NCBI GenBank assembly: GCA_977017645.1
Contig: OZ360238.1
Span: 85,312,001 to 85,376,000, forward strand
Direction of reading: 5' to 3'
Origin: Torpedo marmorata
Lineage: Eukaryota
DNA length: 64,000 bases
In this document: positions 12,940-26,021 of the stretch, piece after piece
Position numbering within the stretch: the stretch's first letter is position 1
Layout of the letters: every line of letters starts with the position of its first letter
Position numbers and translations under genes: made by a program
The notes under the pieces: generated by a model
Databases searched by the model: none
Told to the model about the DNA's origin: nothing
Seen by the model: the letters and a program-made list of their open reading frames with translations, nothing else

Positions 12940-15900
12940 AAAGGAACGGATTTCTGTAATTATATAAGAAGAGAAATTCAAGAATTTTTACAGATTAATT
13001 CTAATTCGATTAATAATAAATTTATTATTTGGGAAGCTTTAAAGGCTTATTTAAGAGGTCAAATTATAAATTATTCAGCAAAGGTTAAGAAGGAATATAT
13101 TCAGGAATTGGATAATCTGGAGAGGGAGACTGAGATTTTGGAGAAAGATTTGCAAAGAAAAGAAACAGAAGAAAAGAGGAAAAATTTAATTGAAAGAAAT
13201 TGCATTATAATACATTACAAACATATAAAATGGAAAAAAAATAATTGAAAGAGCTAAGCAAAGATACTACGAACTGGGAGAAAGAGCTCATAAAGTGTTA
13301 GCGTGGCAATTAAAGAAAGAACAAATTTCTAGAACTATAAGTGCTATAAAAAAGAATTCAAAGAAAATAACATATAAACCTCGAGAAATAAATGATTCCT
13401 TTAGGGAATTTTATTTAAATTTATATAAATCTCAAAATGATAAAGATGAATCTAAAATTAATGAATTTTTATCTAAAGTTAAGTTACCTAGATTAAATAT
13501 TCAAAGTAAAGAACTTTTAGATGCACCATTTACGATGAGAGAAGTTAATGAGGTTCTTAGTTCCTTGACAAGTGGAAAGTCTCCGGGGGAGGATGGTTTC
13601 CCATCAGAATTTTATCAGGAATTTAAGGATTTATTGATACCTCCATATATGGAGGTGTTAAAACAAATAACGGAATCTCATTCTCTACCGGAAACGTTTT
13701 CAAATGCAATAATAATGGTTATACCTAAAAAAGATAGAGATTTGTTGAAAACGGAGTCATAGAGACCAATTTCATTGTTAAATGTGGATTATAAGATAAT
13801 GGCAAAAATTTTAGCAAATAGAGTGGCGATATATTTACCTGATTTAATTCATGCTGATCAAGCGGGTTTTATTAAGAATAGATACTCGAAGGATAATATT
13901 GCTAGATTGATTAGTTTAATAAATGTGGCACAAAAGAAAGAAGAATTAGCATTAGTATTAACATTAGATGCCGAAAAGGCTTTTGATAGATTAGAGTGGA
14001 ACAATTTATTTAAAATGTTAGAAAAATTTGGTTTTGGAACTACATTTATTAATTGGATTAAAACTATATATAAAGAACCTTCTGCAAGAGAGGTGACAAA
14101 TGGACAAATTTCTTCAAAATTTTTGTTGACTAGGTCAACTAGACAAGGATGCGCTTTGTCGCCAGCATTGTTTATTTAGCAATAGAACCTTTAGCAGAAT
14201 TAATTAGACAAGATATTAAAATTGTAGGTATTAAAGTTGGAAAAGAAGAACATAAAATTAGTTTATTTGCAGATGATGTATTGATTTACATGACAAAACC
14301 TATTGATTCTTTAATGCAACTGACTGTTTTATTGAGAGAATATGGGGAAATATCTGGTTATAAGATTAATTCTGATAAAAGTGAAATTATGGCATTGACA
14401 CAAGGAGATTATAATAAATGAAAAGAAATTACTCGATTTAAATGGTCAAATAATGGAATTAAATATTTGGGAATAAAAATAGATACAAAATTAGGTAATT
14501 TATATAAATTAAATTATTTACCATTATTTACTAATATTAAAAAAGATTTAGAGAGTTGGAAAGATTTACCTATAACTTTAATAGGAAGGGTAAATTGTAT
14601 TAAAATGAATGTCTTTCCAAGAATTCAATATCTTTTTCAATCAATTCCTTATGAAATTCCTTAAAAACATTTTAAGGATTTAAATTTAATTATTAGGAAA
14701 TTTTTGTGGAAGGGAAAGTTGGCTAGAGTCGGTATGGAGAAATTAACTTGTAATTATGAAATGGGAGGTTTATAACTTCCCAATTTGCAAAATTATTATA
14801 AGGCAGCTCAATTAAAATTTATTAATGAAATATGTTTGATTTAGGAAAATCTTCTGCTTGGACCAGAATAGAATTAAATAATATAGGAGAGGATTTGAAA
14901 GAAGAAGTTATTTGTAAATGGAATTCTACATTACTATTAAGAGGAGGTAAAAACGCTCCTATTTTAAAGCACTATGCTTTAAAAATATGGAATAAAGTGG
15001 ATAGGGAGATAGGAGGGAAAGGGTTAATTTCTTGTAAAATGCCTATATCAAAATAAACTTATCCCATTTACTATGGATAATCGATTGTTCAAAATTTGGT
15101 TTCAAAAAGGGATTAAAAAAGCAAATGAATGTTTTGAAGCTGGTAAATTTATCACTTTTCAAAGAATGAAAGAGAAGTTTAATGTATTAAATAATACATT
15201 CTTTGCTTATTATCAAATAAGAGCATTTTTAGTTGAAAAGTTAGGGCATAGTTTAATCTTACCAAGACAAAGTGAATTGGAGCTACTAGTTACTAATGGG
15301 GGTATAAATAAATTTATTTCTCAAATGTATAGATTGTTACAGAAAAAAATGCCTAAACCAGGAATTCATAAATCAAGATTAAAATAGGAATCAGATCTGA
15401 ATGTAACAATAGATGAGGAACATTGGAAAGAAATATGTAAACAAAGTATGACTAAAATTATTAATGTTAGATATAGGTTGGTGCAATATAATTTTTTGCA
15501 TCAGTTATATTTAACGCCTAAGAAACTAAAGAAATTTAATTCGAGATTATCAGATTTATGTTTTAGATGTAATAGAGAAGGTTCTTTTGTACATTCTACG
15601 TGGTTTTGTCCAAAGATACATGCTTTTTGGTTGAAAGTTAAAACGTTTTTAGATAAAGTATTAAGAATTACTGTCCCAATGAACCCTATGATATTTTTGT
15701 TTGGAGATATTAAAAGAATTAGTATTAAAATGAGATTAAATATGTACCAAATAGAATTTTTGTGAATTTCTTTAGCTGTTTCAAGGAAATGCATTGCTAT
15801 TACATGGAAATCTGATGTAGATTTAGGGTGAGATAGATGGCATGCAGAACTTCGTTCATGTATATCACTTGAAAAAAATTACTTATAATTTACGTAATAA

Positions 15901-16229
15901 GTATCATTTCTTTTTGAAGGGTTGGAGCCCATATATAAAAACTGTCGGTTTAAAGATTTGAAGATCTCTTGATATCAGATCTGACCGGCGAACCTGTGTT
16001 CCACAATAAAATCAATGTATAGTTGTTTTTTTTTACATTGACATTCTCCACATTCTATTCTTTTTTTTTCCTCTCTCTTTTTCTTTATTTTATTAGAATA
16101 GTAGGGGTGGGTGGGTTAGGGAGGGGGAGGGAGGACAGGGTGAAAATATATCACATGTATTTTGATAATTTTAAAGTTTGTAAACATGTACTATCGTGTG
16201 ATTAAAAATTTTAAATAAAATATTTAAAA
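12940..16229 (+). mobile_element. L1-clade LINE, 3.3 kb, 5'-truncated, ORF2 disrupted
   Basis: KSPGEDGF, LDAEKAFDR, TRQGC.LSP, LFADD and CCHC motifs with many stops and frameshifts; poly(A); 13-bp TSD AAATATTCTATTG at 12927-12939 and 16230-16242; inserted in a Rex-type 3' UTR remnant. Confidence 0.97.
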
Positions 16230-16387
16230 AAATATTCTATTGTAGTTGCTTTATTGGTTTTGCAGTTTTTTTAAAACAAAGCACCTGTTTCAGCGGCAGA
16301 AAGTAAGAATTTCGGTGCATATGTACATTGTACAATGACAATAAACATTATTTCAGTATCAGAAGTAAAACATGAAAGTCTGCATTA

Positions 16388-16637
16388 GGGCGGTATGGCT
16401 AGTGAGGTGGTTAGCTCAAAGCTCTTCCAGCGACTCTGGTTCCAATCTGCCGCTGTCTGCGAGGAGTTTGTATATTCTCTCCGTGACCCCATGGGGTTCC
16501 TCTGGTTTCTTCTGTTTCCTCCCACGTTCCAAAGATTTATGGGGTTGGCAGGTTGTTTGGTCGCATGGGTGTATTTGGGCAGCATAGGTTCGTGGGGAAG
16601 AAGGGCCTGTTACCTTGCTGTATCTCTAAATTAAAAT
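16388..16637 (+). mobile_element. tRNA-derived V-type SINE
   Basis: Same head, core and tail as 1716-1968. Confidence 0.85.
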
Positions 16638-17644
16638 TCAATTATCGGATTGTCGTGAAGGTACAGCAGGCGGACAAAATCCGCTGCAGACCCGCCCCGC
16701 CGATGCCTCATTCCAGAGATGTGCAAGTTGTTGGTTCTTCTGTGGTCTCGTAAGCCGCTCATTTGTTTCCGCAGCGTTTTGTGAAGTTGCTCAGCAAAAC
16801 CTTCTCAAGGGACAATACACGCCAGCGATGCTTATACTGCAAAAGTCAAGGATATCCACACGATAAGATCTATGCACGGTGATACAATTAAAAACCTGCT
16901 GGGCTCACTGGGACTCTTCGGATGATAACAGACAGGAAAGTGGTTTGTCCTATTAAGATTCTCCAGTGGAGTAGATAGTAACAATTTGGATTTCAGCATT
17001 GAACAGACAAATTATTTTTCTTGTTCAACTGACTGTGTAATGAATAGGAGCACACCGCTCTGTGCTGAAAATTACACTTTAGAAAGAATTATTTTACAGA
17101 CGGATTATTTTTGGAAGGCTTTGATCTTTCTGATTCTGCGAATCTTTGGAATTTTCTATGCCATTGGACTGCCAATGTTTAGTTGTTGAGTGTACTCAAG
17201 GGTGAGCCTGCTATATTCGAGGAATATGTGATTCAGACAGAAAGCTGGCATTGAACAAAGTATTGGCCATGACTTCATTGGATGGTGAAGCAGGCTGGTT
17301 GGAGGGTATGGTCGGCTCTTGCTTAGTGAATTCAGTTGTTGTCATGGTTGTACTGAGACTATGCCTCTAGATTCGCCTATCAGTATTGAAATGTCACTTT
17401 TCACCAATGAAACATCACTTTTTTTCTTACACTAACTACAACTGTGAATAGTTATTTATCTATCTTTTAACATTTATTGCCATGTTTTTTTTCTGTCTGG
17501 GCACATAGTGGTGATTTAAACTATTGTTGGTGTATCTTGTACTATTGTTGTTTGTATTTTTTTATCCACCTGTGGGGCTGCGGCAAGTAAGAATTTTGGT
17601 GCAAGAGGTTCAAGCATCATATCAGACATCTGCAGTCTATAATC

Positions 17645-20040
17645 CATAGAACCATAGAACACTACAGCACTGAAACATGTCCTTCGGCCCTTCTAATCTG
17701 TGCTGAACTATTTTTCTGCCTAGTCGCCCTGACCTGCACACGGACCATATCCCTCCATACCCTTCCTGTCCATGTACTTGTCCAAATTTTTCTTAAATGT
17801 CAGAATTGAGCCTGCATTTACCAATTCAGCTGGCAGCTTGTTCCACACTCCCACCAATCTCTGCATTGAAGAAGTTCTCCCTAATGTTCTCTTTAAACTT
17901 TTCTCCTTTCACTGTTAACCCACGTCCTTGAGTTTTTATCTCACCTAACCTCAGTGGAAAAAGCCTGCTTGCATTTACTCTACCTATACCCATCATAATA
18001 TTGTATAAATCTCCCATCATTGTTCTGCACTCTAGGAAATAAAATCCTAACCTGTTTAGCCTTTCCCTGTAACTCAGTTCTTCAAGTCCTGGCAACATCC
18101 TTATAAATCTCCTCTGTACTCTTTCAATCTTATTGATATCCTTCCTGTAGTTAGGTGACCAAAACTGCACACAATACTCCAAATTTGGTCTCGCCAATGT
18201 CTTATACAACTTCACCATAACATCCCAACTCCTTACTCAATGCTTTGATTTATGAAGGCCAATATGTTAAAAAGCTCGCTTTACGATCCTATCTACCTGT
18301 GATGCCACTTTCAGGGAATTATGTATCTGTATTCCCAGATCCTTCTGCTCCACCGCATTTCGCAGTTCCCTACCGTTAGCAGTGTATGTTCTACCTTGGT
18401 TTGTCCAACACCTCACACTTGTCTGCATTAAATTCCATCTGCAATTTTGCAGCCCAGTTTTCCAGCTGGTCCAGATTCCTCTGCAAGCTTTGAAAACCTT
18501 CTTCGCTGTCCACTACACCTCCAATTTTTGTGTCATCTGCAAACTTGTTGATCCAATTTACCACTTTATCATCCACATCATTGATTTAGATGACAAACAA
18601 CAGTGGACCCAGAACCGATCCTTGACACACACCACTAGTTACTGGCCTCCAGTCAGAGAGGCAATCATTCACTACCACTCTCTAGCTTCTCCCCTAAAAC
18701 CAATGTCTAATCCAATTTACTACCTCACCATGAATACGGAGTGACTGAACCTTCCTGACTAACTTCCCATGTGGGACTTACTAAAGTCCTCGTAGGCAAC
18801 ATCCACAGCCTTTCCTTCATCAACCTTTCTGGTAACCACCTCGAAAATCTCTATAAGTTTGGTTAAACATGACCTACCATGTACAAAGCCATGTTAACTA
18901 TCCCTAATCAGCCTCTGTTTATCCAAATACTTATATATCCAATCACTTCGAACACCGTCCAATAACTTACCCATTACTGACATCAGGCTCACCGGCCTAT
19001 AATTTCCTGGACTATTTTTAGAGACCTTTTTAAACAATGGGGCAATATGAGCTACCCTTCAATCATCTGGCCCATCACCTGTGGCTAAGGATGCGTTAAA
19101 TATATCTGACAGGGCCCCTTCCATTTCTACTCCAGCCTCACACAAGGTCCGAGAGAATATCTTGTCAGGTCTTGGGGATTTAACCACCTTTATTTGCTTT
19201 AAGACAGCAAGCTCCTCCTCATCTCTAATCTCTATAGGTTTCATGACCTCACTGCTTGTTTGTCTCACTTCCAAAGGCTCCGTGCCAGTTTCCTGAGTAA
19301 ATACAGACGCAAAATTCCATTTGACCTTCTCATCTCTTTTGGCTCCATACATAGCTGACCACACTGATCTTCAAGAGGACCAATTTTGTCCCTTACTATA
19401 TTTTTCATCCTAATATATTGAGGGGGACGGCCACAGGAGTACCCTGCCCTGTCTGCCTGTTCCCTTTCCCTCTCCTGACTATCACCCAGCTACCTTCCTC
19501 CTGCCCCCTAGGTGTGATTGCATCTCTGTAACTCCTGTCTTATCACCCCTTCAGCCTCCCGAATGATACGGAATTCATCCAACTCCTGCTCCAATTCCCA
19601 AACATGGTTTGTAAGGAGCTGTAGCTGGATGTACTTCTTATAGATGAAGTTGCCATTCAAGGGGAGCATATCCCTGCCCTGGTTGCCATTTCCACTGTTT
19701 ATGAAATACAAAAAGAAAAATAAGACAACCTGCCCTTACCTATGCCTTCTTGCCAAATCCTTTTGTTCCCCCATGGGGCTGTCTTAACTCAACTCCTGCA
19801 TAACCTCAGCCTCTTCTTGCCGAAGCCTCTTGAGCCAAAGCCTCAACTCCCTTCTCTAACTCTGGCCCACTCACACGATAGCCACTCCCATGATGGCCGT
19901 TCTGCGTATACCTCTCACCTACGTAAGCTGTCCCACTCTCCCATACTCTCGCTCCAACTCTCGTTCGCTGGAAAAGAAACTTACCAGCACAGGACTCACC
20001 TACTTCAGCTGTCCCATTCTCAAGGTGGACACAGAAGTCC
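17645..20040 (-). mobile_element. CR1 LINE, decayed, retaining 5' region and ORF1 remnants with large internal deletions
   Basis: KFADDTKIGG, RPNLEYCVQFWSP and FASVFT.E ORF2 motifs; ORF1-like LQLL..V.ELE.ELDE.RIIREAEG at 19508-19711; (CTATGGTT) tail at 17645. Confidence 0.9.
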
Positions 20041-20149
20041 TAGATGGTGCAAGGTTTAGGTAACTGGGCAAATGGAGCTGACTGTGGGGAGGGGAGGGTG
20101 GAGAAAGAATTAATGAATTTTAGATTTATTATTAGATTTATTATTTTCA

Positions 20150-20667
20150 CAAAGATATAAAAAGGTATCAATATGATTGAAAGAGTGCAGAGAAGATTTA
20201 CAAGGATGTTGCAGATTCTTGAGGAACTGAGTTACAGGTAAAGGTTAAATAAGTTGGGACTTTATTCCCTGGAGTGTAGAAGATTGAGGGGTGACTTGAT
20301 AGATGTATACAAAATTATGAGGTGTATAGATAAAGTAAATGCAAGTATGCTTTTTCCACAGAGGTTGGGTGAGACAAGAACTAGAGGATATGAGTTAAGG
20401 GTGAAAGGGGAAATGTTTCAAGGGAACATTCAGAGGAACTTCTTCACACAGAGAATGGTGAGAGTGTGGAACGAGCTGCCAGCTGAAGGTGTGGATGTGG
20501 GCTTGATTTGACATTTGAGAAACATTTGGATACATACATGAATGTGGGAGATATGGCGGGCTATGGTTCAGGTACAGGTCAATGGGACTGGGCGAAATAA
20601 TAGTTTGGCTCAGACTAGATGGGCTGAATGGCCTGTTTCTGTGCTGTAGTATTCTATGGTTCTATAG
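20150..20667 (+). mobile_element. CR1 3' fragment
   Basis: RRLRGDLIDVYKIM and FFTQRMVRVWNELP motifs; TTCTATGGTTCTA tail. Confidence 0.9.
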
Positions 20668-21235
20668 TAAAATGTTTTCTTATGCATGCCATTCGAAGGC
20701 TAGCAATGATTGCTGGCTCTGACTCCAATTTATTGTCGCATACATATACGTAAGAACAATGTTCAGATGCAATGAAGGCCTTACTTGCTGCAGGCTCCCA
20801 GGTGCACTGACAACAATTTAAATATAATTAACACATAAGAAGAGAAAAAAAAAGATTATAAATAAGTAAGAAGCAAGGGCTGGTATGTGATAGGTGGGAT
20901 CAGGTGAGGTGGGGATGATGGATTGTTGGAGCCAGGTTTGGGGGGAAGAAGGGGAAGGAAGGGCTGGAAGCCTTCCCTTATCTGGCCCTGTCCCTGCCTT
21001 TCCATTGCCCACTCTCCACCTGGCTCCATCTACCCATCATCCCCCACCTCGCCTGATGCCACCTATCACAACTGCCCCTGCCTCACCCCTCTCACCTCTT
21101 TACTGGTTATCATCCCTCAACTGTTTCAGTCCTGATGCAGAATGTCACCCCAAACCTTGACCATCCCTTGACTCCCATAGTTGCTGCTTGATCCGCCACG
21201 TTCCTCCAACACATTTTTTTAATGTATCAACTTTG

Positions 21236-21490
21236 GGAGGCATGGTTAGCATAACAGTTATCACAACGCTATTACAGCACCAGCGACCCGGGTTTGAATC
21301 CGCCATTGGATGAAAGGAGTTTGTACATTCTCCCCGTATATGCATGGGTTTCCTCCGGGTGCTGAGGTTTTTTTCCCACCCTTCAAAAACATATGTGGGT
21401 TGTAGGTTAATTGGGGTATTTGGGCGGCACGGGCTTGTGGGCCGGAAGGGCCTATTACCATGCCGTATGTCTAAATTTAATTTAAATTAA
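21236..21490 (+). mobile_element. tRNA-derived V-type SINE, directly after a Penelope terminal remnant (~20980-21220)
   Basis: B-box GGTTTGAATCC, conserved core, TAAAT tail. Confidence 0.85.
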
Positions 21491-21771
21491 CTTCTGAGGG
21501 AGTTTGATGGGGTGAACATTTCCCCTGCTGGGGAGATGTGGCACTGGTGGTACAGGATAAGTGTGAGAGTTGGAGGAGTTTCTTTTCCAGTGGGCTGTGA
21601 AGGCTAAGACTGACAGATTGTTGGACGATGGAGGAGTGAAGGATTTACGGGAGCAGGATGTAGCTGGACTAAAACCAAGATCAGATGGCTTGGCCTGGAT
21701 GATGCCTCTGGAGCTGTTTGGAAAATTCCTGATCCAATTTCTTGTACTCAATGGTGAGATGAGATGATAAA

Positions 21772-22604
21772 AAAATGGCGGAGTTGACAGAGCTGCCGCA
21801 ATGGCAGCGCTGCCGCTGATGCAGACCCGCGGAGAACGGAAACACACCGCTCCTCCGCAGGATCCTACTGCCCAGTCCAACTACCGATGTCTCTGTACAG
21901 GCTTTAAACGGTCTGTTAAAGGAGCCAATGGTGGTTCCTTTTAAAATCCTGCGACCGTGGGGACCGTATGCAAGATGGCAGCACCTACCATATATTTGGC
22001 AGTGGCCTCGAGGGTGGTTACATACTCTGTGGAAGCAGAGGTCACCAGAAAACCTGAACACCCCCTGTTTAAGAAGGAGAAGCAGAGGAGACGACCCTAA
22101 GGGACGGTGACCACAGCAGCAATGAGGAACTCTGTGGCTGAAGAGCACACAGGCGGCGGGCTGTTCGTTACTCGAGATAAGGAACCCACGCAGGCTACGG
22201 GCTGCTGGAGACTGCGGTCAAAGGACTCACGCCAGGCTGCAGACTGCTGGAGACTGGCTCGAGACTGGCTGAAGGGGTACCAGGTTTCGAAACCAGGATG
22301 CAAGAGGGTGCTGAGGGCGCTGAAGGTTTCCTGACCATGTCGGAGGTTATGATCTGGAGCTCGCGTTGCCGATGGTTTGGATTGAAGTCTGTGCGGCTGC
22401 AGAGGCTGCGGCAATGCTGGAGGTGCATCCACAGCCACTCAGTGACTCTGAAGGGACCTCTTTTGCTTCTCTTTCTCTGGCTGTAAGGGGCGCTGGGCAA
22501 TTTCTGCTGATGGCGAATCTTTGTCTGCCTTACGGCAGACTATGGGCAATTTTGTGTAATATTACACCTGTTTTATTACATGACAATAAAAGTATCTTGA
22601 ATCT
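21772..22604 (+). mobile_element. GC-rich non-autonomous retroposon, copy 1
   Basis: Colinear with 37621-38484; begins AAAATGGCGG and ends TGACAATAAA..TCTTGAATCT. Confidence 0.8.
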
Positions 22605-23079
22605 ATTCTCATGAACATTAGTACAATGTACAGATGCAATGAAATTGCTGCAGCTCCACAGGCACGTTAAACACACTAATAAAAATTAAATATAAATTAA
22701 CACAATGTGCCACAAGAGAAAAATAATAAATATTCACAGTTGCAGTAGTGAAAAAAGTAATGTGCTGTTTCAATAGTGTAGTCAAACCTGGAGCAGTTTA
22801 TGCATGGGGTAGTAGCTTCAAGAGCCTGAAGTTAACTTCAGAATTGACTTTGGACAGGAAGTCATGAGTGTTTTTCCATTTGATGTACAAGTTAGAAGGG
22901 GCCAAAACATTTATCTTCTCCAAACAACCTCTTTGTTTAACATGAGTGGGTTCATATTTGTGACCAATGAGCAAAGGGACAATTCCGTCACTCAGCGAGC
23001 TGTGGCTAGAGGTTCAAGTTCAAACTCCACCACAACATTTAACTTCGAGCAGCAGAATGGATCAATGACCTCAGTGAGA

Positions 23080-23270
23080 GACACACGAGGGAGTGCAAAT
23101 GCTGGAATATGGGACCAAACACAATTTGCTGGGGGAACTCAGCGGGTCGAGCAGCATCGCTGAAGAAGAGTTCCAGCCCAAAATATCGAACATTCTTTCT
23201 CTCCCCATGGATGCTGCTTGACCCGCTGAGTTCCTCCAGAGATTGCGTTTTTTTTGTAGCAACGAGTTCC
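23080..23270. mobile_element. Inverted pair of Penelope terminal fragments
   Basis: GGAACTCAGCGGGTCGAGCAGCATC and GATGCTGCTTGACCCGCTGAGTTCC form an inverted repeat. Confidence 0.7.
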
Positions 23271-23999
23271 TTCAGCAGGTTGCGTTTTTGGTTCATAAAA
23301 ACACAATTGGTTCACTTGTGTTCTCCAGGGAAGGGAATCTGCCATCTTTTCTGGGTCTGTCCCACAAGTGACACTCCAGCACAGCAAGGTGATTGACTCT
23401 CAACTGTTTACTAAACATAAGGTGCAGAGTCATCTCCAATCACTGCTCCCTCCAGCTCTGTCTCATAGCCCAGTGACCTCTGCATCACAGCAGCAAGTAT
23501 GTAAATAGTTTTTTGAGTGAGTTACAATGCAGATAGGAGTGTTCTGGTTGAGTTTAAGATTATGAATTGGGACAGGCAGGCTGATTCTATAATCTGCAGT
23601 CAAAGAACAAGGACTTGCCTGAGATAACTTCCTAGTCCATGGAGGATTGGAGCTACAAATGGATAAAGTGTAAGAAGCTTTCTTGGTCTTTACTGAAGGA
23701 TCACTGTGCACACAGTCGGACTCAATAATTTGCTACGTGCAGTAGTCCCAGTTTTATAAAGCCTACCATTGCTTTCAGTATAGGAATTATATTTACCATG
23801 TGTATTTATATCTAAAATCTGCAATCATATTGAATCATTTCTACTTAAAACCAACCCTTATAGAAAACATTAAGATGTTTGCTTTAATGTGTGTCTTGCG
23901 AGATTTCGAAGTCTTAAGATTATGGGTTCATGTCCTCTACACTGAAACTCCAGTGCATTGCTGAGGCAGTGGTACGAGGAGGAGTTTGTTTAAGATGGT

Positions 24000-24560
24000 T
24001 CTTGAACTAGAGGGCATATGTTTAAAGTGAAAGGGGAGAGATTGAAGAGGGACCAGAGGGATAACTTTTTCACTCAGATGGTGGTCCGTATCTGGAACGA
24101 GCTGCTGGAGGAAGCTGTAGAAGTGGGTACAATTTTTACCTTCAAAAAACATTTGGATAAATATATGGATAAGAAGGGCTTAGAAGAATTGGGGCAGCAC
24201 AGTGAATGTAACGGTTAGTGCAACGCTATTACAGATCAGCAACCCAGGTTCAAATCTGCTGCTGTCATTAAGGAGTTTGTACCTTCTTCCCCTGTTTGCG
24301 TGGGTTTCCTCTGGGTAGCTCCAGTTTCCTCCCACGTTTCAAAGACATACGGGAGTTAGTAGGTTAATTGGTCACATGGGTGTATTAGGGCGGCACGGGC
24401 TCCTGGGCCTGTAACCATGCTGCATCTCTAATAAAAAATCATAATAAATAAAAGAATATGGACCAAATATGGGTAATTGGGACTGGTCTTGAATATCAAC
24501 TTGGTCAGCAGGGAAGATTTGGGCCGAAGGGCCTGCTCCAAGCTAAATGACTCTATAAAG
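24000..24560 (+). mobile_element. CR1 3' fragment interrupted by a V-type SINE (~24191-24450)
   Basis: FFTQMVVRIWNEL motif; the SINE head starts at 24191 and the CR1 resumes at GAATATGGACCAAAT. Confidence 0.8.
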
Positions 24561-24749
24561 CCCTGTATGCTTTCTCACATGAATGTGGGATATTCTAGAC
24601 TTTGTAGGGGAAGAGCAAGAATGTTCTCCCTGGTGTCCTGGCTGATATTTATCCCTTGGAACAGATTATCTTGACCACCAGCACCTGTGGTGAAGGAGTC
24701 CCAGGATATCCAATCTCTCCTTATAATTCATGCCCCCATCCCAGCAACA

Positions 24750-24985
24750 TCATAGAACATAGAACATTACAGCGCAGTACAGGCCCTTCAGCCCATGATG
24801 TGACGACCGATGTAAACCTACTCAACAACATATTTAACCCTTGCCGCCCCCACACCCATAACCCTTTATTTTTTTCACATCCATGTGCCTGTCTAAGAGT
24901 TTTTTGAATGTCCCTATTGTACCAGCCTCCACCACCACCCCTGGCAATGCATTCCAGGCACCCACCCACTCTCTGTGTAAAAAAC
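24750..24985 (-). mobile_element. CR1 3' fragment
   Basis: (CATAGAA)n tail complement; WNALPGVVVEAGT motif. Confidence 0.85.
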
Positions 24986-25045
24986 ACCTCTTTTTGAAGA
25001 AACACAAAAGCTGCAGATGCTGGAATCCTACCTCCAACTGAATCA

Positions 25046-25179
25046 NNNNNNNNNNNNNNNNNNNNNNNNNNNNNNNNNNNNNNNNNNNNNNNNNNNNNNN
25101 NNNNNNNNNNNNNNNNNNNNNNNNNNNNNNNNNNNNNNNNNNNNNNNNNNNNNNNNNNNNNNNNNNNNNNNNNNNNNNN
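25046..25179. other. Assembly gap (134 N)
   Basis: Run of N flanked by Penelope-like repeats. Confidence 1.
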
Positions 25180-25299
25180 CCTTCCAAATGGTTTCTCTCT
25201 CTCCCTGTCTCTCCACCTCTCACACCTTCTGTCCTATCACCCTTGCCTCCTCCTCTAGCTTCTTTTCCCCTTTAGATATGTAATTTCACCTCATCTACC

Positions 25300-25620
25300 T
25301 TGGTCTTGATAAAGAATTCAAACCCAAAACATTGACCGTCCATTTCTTCCCACAGACGCTGTCTGACCTGCTGAGAACATACTTGTGCATCTGGAAAGAC
25401 ACAGGAGACTGCAAAAGCTGGAATCTGGACCAACACACAATCTGCTGGAGGAACTCAGCAGGTCGAGCAGCATCAGTGGGCAGAGAAAGAATGGTCGACG
25501 TTTTTGAGCCAGAACACTTTGACTTGATGATGGCTTCCAGCATGAACCGTCAACCATTCTTTTTCTCCCACTGATGCTGCTCGACCCCCTGAGTTCCTCC
25601 AGCAGATTGCGTGTGCTCCT
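25300..25620. mobile_element. Three Penelope terminal fragments in alternating orientation
   Basis: TCTGCTGGAGGAACTCAG..GGTCGAGCAGCATCAGTGGG and its reverse complement at ~25568-25608. Confidence 0.7.
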
Positions 25621-26021
25621 TGTGACTTTTTTTCTGCACCCTCTCTAGTTTAATTGTGTCTTTTCTCTCCCACATCCTTCTGGCTGTAGACTGCGAGGTT
25701 ATATGCACACCAACAAAGGCATGTTCTGTTAGTGTCATAATTTCTCTGTCGAATATGCTTCCTCTCCATGCAGTTGACCTGTGCAAAAGTTGTTTCTAAA
25801 ATTCATGGGACAGATGGTGACTCTTGGCTCAACCCAATTGGGGGGAATCTTGTCTCTTGCCTTGAGAAGCAGGTTGGCTGAATTTTGCTCCAGGAACTGA
25901 GCACATAATTCGGACTGACAGTCGCAGTTAATGTCACCATGGCTCCTGGCTTGCCACTGGATGAGATGGCAATCACACCCCATCCCAGTCAACACATGGT
26001 GCACTTACTTGGTGCCAATGA

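Noticed and set aside
24834-25283. ORFs spanning X runs
   Set aside because: Artefacts of the N gap
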